Shown: in pieces, positions 35,906 to 39,271 of the stretch
How positions within the stretch are numbered: the first letter of the stretch is position 1
Layout of the letters: every line of letters starts with the position of its first letter
Source of the DNA: an uncultured Candidatus Melainabacteria bacterium
GTDB taxonomy: Bacteria; Cyanobacteriota; Vampirovibrionia; Gastranaerophilales; Gastranaerophilaceae
NCBI GenBank assembly: GCA_934754855.1
Contig: CAKVJR010000001.1
Location: 1-39,271, forward strand
Reading direction: 5' to 3'
DNA: 39,271 nt
Notes under the pieces: model-generated
Told to the model about the DNA's origin: nothing
Databases searched by the model: none
The model's input: only the letters and a program-made list of their open reading frames with translations
Position numbers and translations under genes: made by a program

Positions 35906-37537
35906 ATGGCAAAATTTGCCGTTGAGGAGCCTTTCTGCCGATGTGTAGAAACGAGTGTGTTTGTGAAAATTTCCGGTGTGAACAATTTAATGCCTATGAA
36001 CGGTATTGTCCGAAAGTCGCCGACTGAGGGCAAATATCTTAAAAGGCAGTTGCCTGATACGTTTGAGAGAACGACAAATCCTCTTGAATATGACAAGGCT
36101 ACTTTTGTTCCGACTGCTGCAAAATTCACATCTGCAACTGACACACTCAATCTTATGAACACAAAGGCGAAGACGGCGTTTGACCGCCAAGTCGCTTATG
36201 ACGGTTGGTCGGGCAAATTAGCGGACAAGTTGTCTGCTCTTTGGGGTTCAAAAAACAGAGCATCATTGGTTTCTGACGACATTCACATGCACAAGGCACA
36301 AATTGAAAATCTTGAAAATGCGGCGAGAGTGGGCAATTTCAAATCCGAATTTTTCAAAACATTTGGTGTCGGATATAACAAAGAGGCTATTCAGGATTTT
36401 GAAACTGCATCTGCAAAATACACGTTAATTAAATCAGCAGAGCAGATTGCAGATTATACGGAAGAACATTTATCAGGTTATGTTAAATTTTTTGATAAGC
36501 ACAAAAACTCGATAAACCCCGAGTCGCCTAATTTTGACGAGTTTGATAGAAACGTAAATGTTGACAAAAAACTTGGTGAGTTTAAAGATGAACTTGCGAA
36601 AGTTGTTGGCGGAAAAGAAAATTTAAAAGACCTTGAATTGGCGAAAAGACCTGATTTTATTATCCTTTCTAAAGAAGAACAAATTGAAACTTACAAAGAT
36701 ATTGCACAAACATTAATTTACACATCGAATACTACTGCTGAAAAACTCAAAGACGGTAAGAGTACAAAAGAAATCCAAAAGGATTATGATGATGCATATA
36801 AGGCTGCTTTTGGGGAAAAGAACAACATTCAAAAGAGAGTGGATAAGTATATCAAGGCACAACAAATTCGCTCGACTGCGGTCAAAGACGTTTTGATGTC
36901 GGGAATAATCGGAGCGACGATTGCATTGTCAAAGACAAGTACGCCGACGCTTGTAGGTTCTGTGGTCACGACAGCGGGCTATATCGGAATGGATTTGGCT
37001 GATCTTGCAACGAATAAAATCGACAACAAAGAAGATTTGAGCAAAGATGTTGTACAAGATATTGTTAAGTGTGCCGTACTTTGCGGTGCGGAATATATGG
37101 TCGGCTCAAAAATGTATGACGTTATTCCCGAGGCAAATTATAAAAATAAAGTTTTGAACGGTGCTTTGAACACGGCAAGAACGCTCGGCATCGAACTTTC
37201 GGTTGCGTTCGTGAGCGAATATGCTCAAACGGGCGAGTGGGCAACTTATCAGATGAATCCGAAAGATTTTATGAAATTGACACTTGCAACTTTTGCGATT
37301 GAAGAACTTACGAGAATGGGGCTTTCCGCTCCTGCCGGCAGAAAGAGCAATTATTCTCCGATGAAAGTTGATGATTCGGTTGCGAATGTTGTTGTCGGAC
37401 GTGCTACGCAAGAATTGCAAAAACAATTTGACAAAAATCCGACGAAGTTTATGAACTTGAAACTTTTGTGTATGGAAAAACCTGAATTGTTCAATGAATT
37501 GATGACTTCATCTTTGAATAATGTTCTTAATGCGTAA
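35906..37537 (+). CDS. large hypothetical protein: helical N-terminal part, hydrophobic/amphipathic C-terminal part
   Basis: Long ORF (track start TTG 35864; the ATG at 35906 is preceded by AAGG). No family recognised. Residues after about 340 contain several hydrophobic stretches (MSGIIGATIALS, VGSVVTTAGYIGM, VKCAVLCGAEYMVG, LGIELSVAFV). Confidence 0.6.
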   Translation: MAKFAVEEPFCRCVETSVFVKISGVNNLMPMNGIVRKSPTEGKYLKRQLPDTFERTTNPLEYDKATFVPTAAKFTSATDTLNLMNTKAKTAFDRQVAYDGWSGKLADKLSALWGSKNRASLVSDDIHMHKAQIENLENAARVGNFKSEFFKTFGVGYNKEAIQDFETASAKYTLIKSAEQIADYTEEHLSGYVKFFDKHKNSINPESPNFDEFDRNVNVDKKLGEFKDELAKVVGGKENLKDLELAKRPDFIILSKEEQIETYKDIAQTLIYTSNTTAEKLKDGKSTKEIQKDYDDAYKAAFGEKNNIQKRVDKYIKAQQIRSTAVKDVLMSGIIGATIALSKTSTPTLVGSVVTTAGYIGMDLADLATNKIDNKEDLSKDVVQDIVKCAVLCGAEYMVGSKMYDVIPEANYKNKVLNGALNTARTLGIELSVAFVSEYAQTGEWATYQMNPKDFMKLTLATFAIEELTRMGLSAPAGRKSNYSPMKVDDSVANVVVGRATQELQKQFDKNPTKFMNLKLLCMEKPELFNELMTSSLNNVLNA

Positions 37538-37625
37538 CCTGAAAAATTTGTTGTCATTTCAAGGATTTTGTCGGGTTTAAGTTTGATAAAAATTATAAAT
37601 TAAAAAAAGATAGCAGTCCTTTTCA

Positions 37626-37653
37626 CCCGAATGCTCAGGCATGGGCTGTTTTT
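37626..37653 (+). terminator. possible terminator
   Basis: CCCgaATGC tcag GCATGGG, an imperfect stem with a 2-nt bulge, followed by CTGTTTTT. Confidence 0.35.
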
Positions 37654-37685
37654 GCACCGAAATTCAAAGAAAAATTTATAAAATA

Positions 37686-38150
37686 TTAAAAGGCTGAGGG
37701 AGATTTTTGCAATAATTCTGTGGTGATTTTGGCGGCAGTGGCGATGCATTCTTCGCAAGGTCTTGTTTCGTAATATTCTTGAGTTCTCTCTGATGGAATG
37801 TAGCCGTCTGAATCGATTTTCAAAATTTCTCTGCAAATTATCGTGCCGAATTTTTGTTTGAATTTTTCCGCTAAATTTTGTATGAGTTTGTAATGCTCTG
37901 CTTTTTCGAGGAGATTGTCGTTAGAGGTGTAACCGTATTTTAATCCTGCCACCATGAACATTCCGCTGACGGCACCGCAAACCTCTCTCAACTTGCCCAT
38001 GCCACCCCCGAATGAGGAAGATAGTTTTAATCCTGTTTCAAAATCAATTCCAAAATCTTCGCAAAATGTGCAAAAAACTGCTTGAGCACAATTTCTGCCA
38101 TCTCTGAATAATTTTCTTGCCGTTTCTTCTTTTTCTGAAATGTAATCCAT
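37686..38150 (-). CDS. C_GCAxxG_C_C family putative redox-active protein
   Basis: 154 aa. Conserved Cys pattern GRNCAQAVF, CGAVSG, ICREIL and PCEECI, typical of this family. Confidence 0.8.
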   Translation of the reverse strand: MDYISEKEETARKLFRDGRNCAQAVFCTFCEDFGIDFETGLKLSSSFGGGMGKLREVCGAVSGMFMVAGLKYGYTSNDNLLEKAEHYKLIQNLAEKFKQKFGTIICREILKIDSDGYIPSERTQEYYETRPCEECIATAAKITTELLQKSPSAF

Positions 38151-38223
38151 AAAATGATTTTATCACGCTTGTTGATAACAGTAAACCGATTATGATGCTA
38201 CCTTTTAAAGTTCTTTATTCATT

Positions 38224-38251
38224 TCATTGCGAGGAACGAGCGGACAGAGTG
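38224..38251 (+). repeat. family B-related repeat head (no matching 3' arm seen)
   Basis: TCATTGCGAGGAACGAGCGGACAGAGTG. The same 28 nt, with 2 mismatches, recur at 38623-38650. Confidence 0.6.
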
Positions 38252-38279
38252 TAAAACCATATAACCGCAAGTATTTACT

Positions 38280-38374
38280 GTCATACTGAGGCTTTAGCCG
38301 AAGTATCTGTTTTTCAGCATTTTACAGTTGTTCAAACATTCATCAAAAATGTAGGGTTGGCTTTAGCCGACCAA
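38280..38374 (+). repeat. composite repeat (family A + spacer + family C), second copy
   Basis: GTCATACTGAGGCTTTAGCCGAAGTATCTG ... CAGCATTTTACAGTTGTTCAAACATT ... GTAGGGTTGGCTTTAGCCGACCAA. Collinear with 6146-6241. Confidence 0.85.
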
Positions 38375-38418
38375 TGCATTTATATTCTTTTGATGATTTA
38401 TAAAAAATTTTTTCTTTT

Positions 38419-38442
38419 GGTACTTTTGGCGGCAAAAGTACC
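38419..38442. other. perfect 10-bp hairpin
   Basis: GGTACTTTTG gcgg CAAAAGTACC. Confidence 0.6.
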
Positions 38443-38621
38443 GCAAAACCGCCCGCTGCAACTGCGTGACTCGTTTTGTAAACTCAACTTGAGCGGCTAA
38501 ACTCGCTACGCTCAGACAGTAGCCGCTTTGAAGTTGTTTCGTCAACCAAAACTACGTCCCTACGTTGATGCGGGGTCATTGATTTTATCTGATAATTTTA
38601 TAAAAAATTTAAACGGTAACC

Positions 38622-38665
38622 GTCATTGCGAGGAACGAGCGAGCAGAGTGCGAGGGCTTGGCGAT
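38622..38665 (+). repeat. hairpin repeat family B, long variant
   Basis: GTCATTGCGAGGAACGAGCGAGCAGAGTGCGAGGGCTTGGCGAT. ATTGC can pair with GCGAT through one G-U-type wobble. Confidence 0.5.
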
Positions 38666-38708
38666 GAAAAGACAGAGTCTTTGACATCGACAACCCGCAG
38701 ACACGTTT

Positions 38709-38748
38709 AATGCGAGCGAAGTGATAAACAATCTCGACGAAGCAATCC
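38709..38748 (+). repeat. family B-like unit with degenerate 5' arm
   Basis: AATGCGAGCGAAGTGATAAACAATCTCGACGAAGCAATCC. The 3' end CGAAGCAATCC is identical to that of 28406-28437. Confidence 0.4.
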
Positions 38749-38788
38749 AAAATTAAAACATTCACAAAGGAAAATAGTCCGCAAAAAA

Positions 38789-39004
38789 CTATAAACCTTC
38801 AAATAAATCTTTTATTTCAATTTTTAATATTTTTGAAATATCTATTAGTGTATTTAAAGACGGGTGGGAAAATCCGACTTCAATTTTTCCGACAAAATTT
38901 AACCCTTTTCCGATTTGCACGGCAAGTTGTTCTTGCGTTAAATGTTTGGCAAGTCTTGCTTTCTTTATGTTTTTCCCAATTTGCTTGTAAAACTCATCGT
39001 GCAT
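38789..39004 (-). CDS. XRE-family helix-turn-helix transcriptional regulator (71 aa)
   Basis: HTH_3 pattern ARLAKHLTQEQLAVQIGKGLNFVGKIEVGFSHPSLNTLIDISKILKIEIKDLF. Divergent from the HAD-like gene, as at 6245-6867. Confidence 0.8.
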   Translation of the reverse strand: MHDEFYKQIGKNIKKARLAKHLTQEQLAVQIGKGLNFVGKIEVGFSHPSLNTLIDISKILKIEIKDLFEGL

Positions 39005-39067
39005 ACGTACAGTCTAAACGTAAACTTTTATTAAATATACGTTCTGGCAATACGTAATTGATATAAT
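39004..39067. promoter_or_regulatory. divergent promoter/operator region of XRE-HAD cassette 2
   Basis: Three TACGT motifs (39004, 39038, 39051) and one AACGT (39018). Extended -10 TGATATAAT at 39059-39067, reading towards the HAD gene. Unrelated to the cassette 1 intergenic sequence. Confidence 0.4.
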
Positions 39068-39091
39068 AATAAATGATATAGGATAAAAAAT

Positions 39092-39271
39092 ATGATTATA
39101 AAGAAAAAAAACATTACTTATAGATTTAGATGGGGTTTTGAATGACTATGTCGAGAATTATGACAAAAATTTCATTCCGCCGATAAAGGTTGGAGCGAAA
39201 GAGTTTTTAGAAGATTTATCAAAAAATTATCAGGTGAAAATTTTTACGACACGAGATAAAAATCTTGCATC
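39092..39271 (+). pseudogene. second copy of the mini-HAD phosphatase gene, frameshifted in an A8 run and truncated by the window end
   Basis: About 89 percent nt identity to 6526-6706. The ATG frame stops after 17 codons (TGA at 39143). The conserved frame RKKTLLIDLDGVLNDYVENYDKNFIPPIKVGAKEFLEDLSKNYQVKIFTTRDKNLA is +1 relative to the ATG because of A8 (39104-39111) versus A7 in copy 1. Confidence 0.65.

Noticed and set aside
38363-38710. Two 60-aa ORFs (38363-38545 minus strand, 38528-38710 plus strand)
   Set aside because: Both are composed of repeat and hairpin sequence (translations such as CEERASRV and SVASLAAQ are typical repeat read-through). There are no RBSs.

Overview
AT-rich 39.3-kb chromosomal segment that is mostly densely packed housekeeping genes. 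All calls come from motif recognition in the supplied ORF translations and from reading the DNA by eye; no homology search was run.

Gene content points to a fermentative, diderm, low-GC bacterium:
- Fermentation and redox: adhE followed by rex.
- Outer-membrane and envelope functions: LptC/LptA, an MlaE permease, a TonB_C-like protein, and an SLH-domain protein ending in a terminal Phe.
- Type IV pilus parts: pilT and a prepilin.
- A lineage such as Melainabacteria/Vampirovibrionia or another SLH-anchored diderm is plausible, but this is only inference.

Main genes:
- adhE-rex, an isochorismatase-family hydrolase, an FkbM methyltransferase, an AGCS transporter and pilT.
- mutL-ilvE-mlaE on the minus strand.
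- An SLH outer-membrane-like protein, an AI-2E transporter and a B12-type radical SAM enzyme.
- A prepilin, a CDA-fold deaminase and a Zn-ribbon/TonB_C protein.
- A gyrB - TPR - GGDEF - FtsL-like - lptC - lptA string, with gyrA convergent on it.
- A gmk - nif3 - hypothetical - rsmD - CN-hydrolase operon on the minus strand, then tyrA.

Two small accessory islets (about 4.8-8.0 kb and 37.5-39.3 kb) interrupt this. Both contain orphan proteins, mosaics of short hairpin repeats, and one copy each of a divergent XRE-regulator/mini-HAD phosphatase cassette. The HAD gene is highly conserved between the copies, while the regulator and operator are swapped. The second copy carries a +1 frameshift in an A8 run.

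The repeats show compensatory base changes. One family has the GTAG-head architecture of REP elements and brackets the first cassette in inverted orientation.

A candidate G-poor, CA-rich small RNA (or leaderless 33-codon ORF) lies between the radical SAM gene and the pilin gene.

I found no CRISPR array, tRNA/rRNA, transposase, reverse transcriptase or recognisable multi-gene defence system. The XRE/mini-HAD cassette with its REP-like repeats is the best candidate for something undescribed, with moderate support only.
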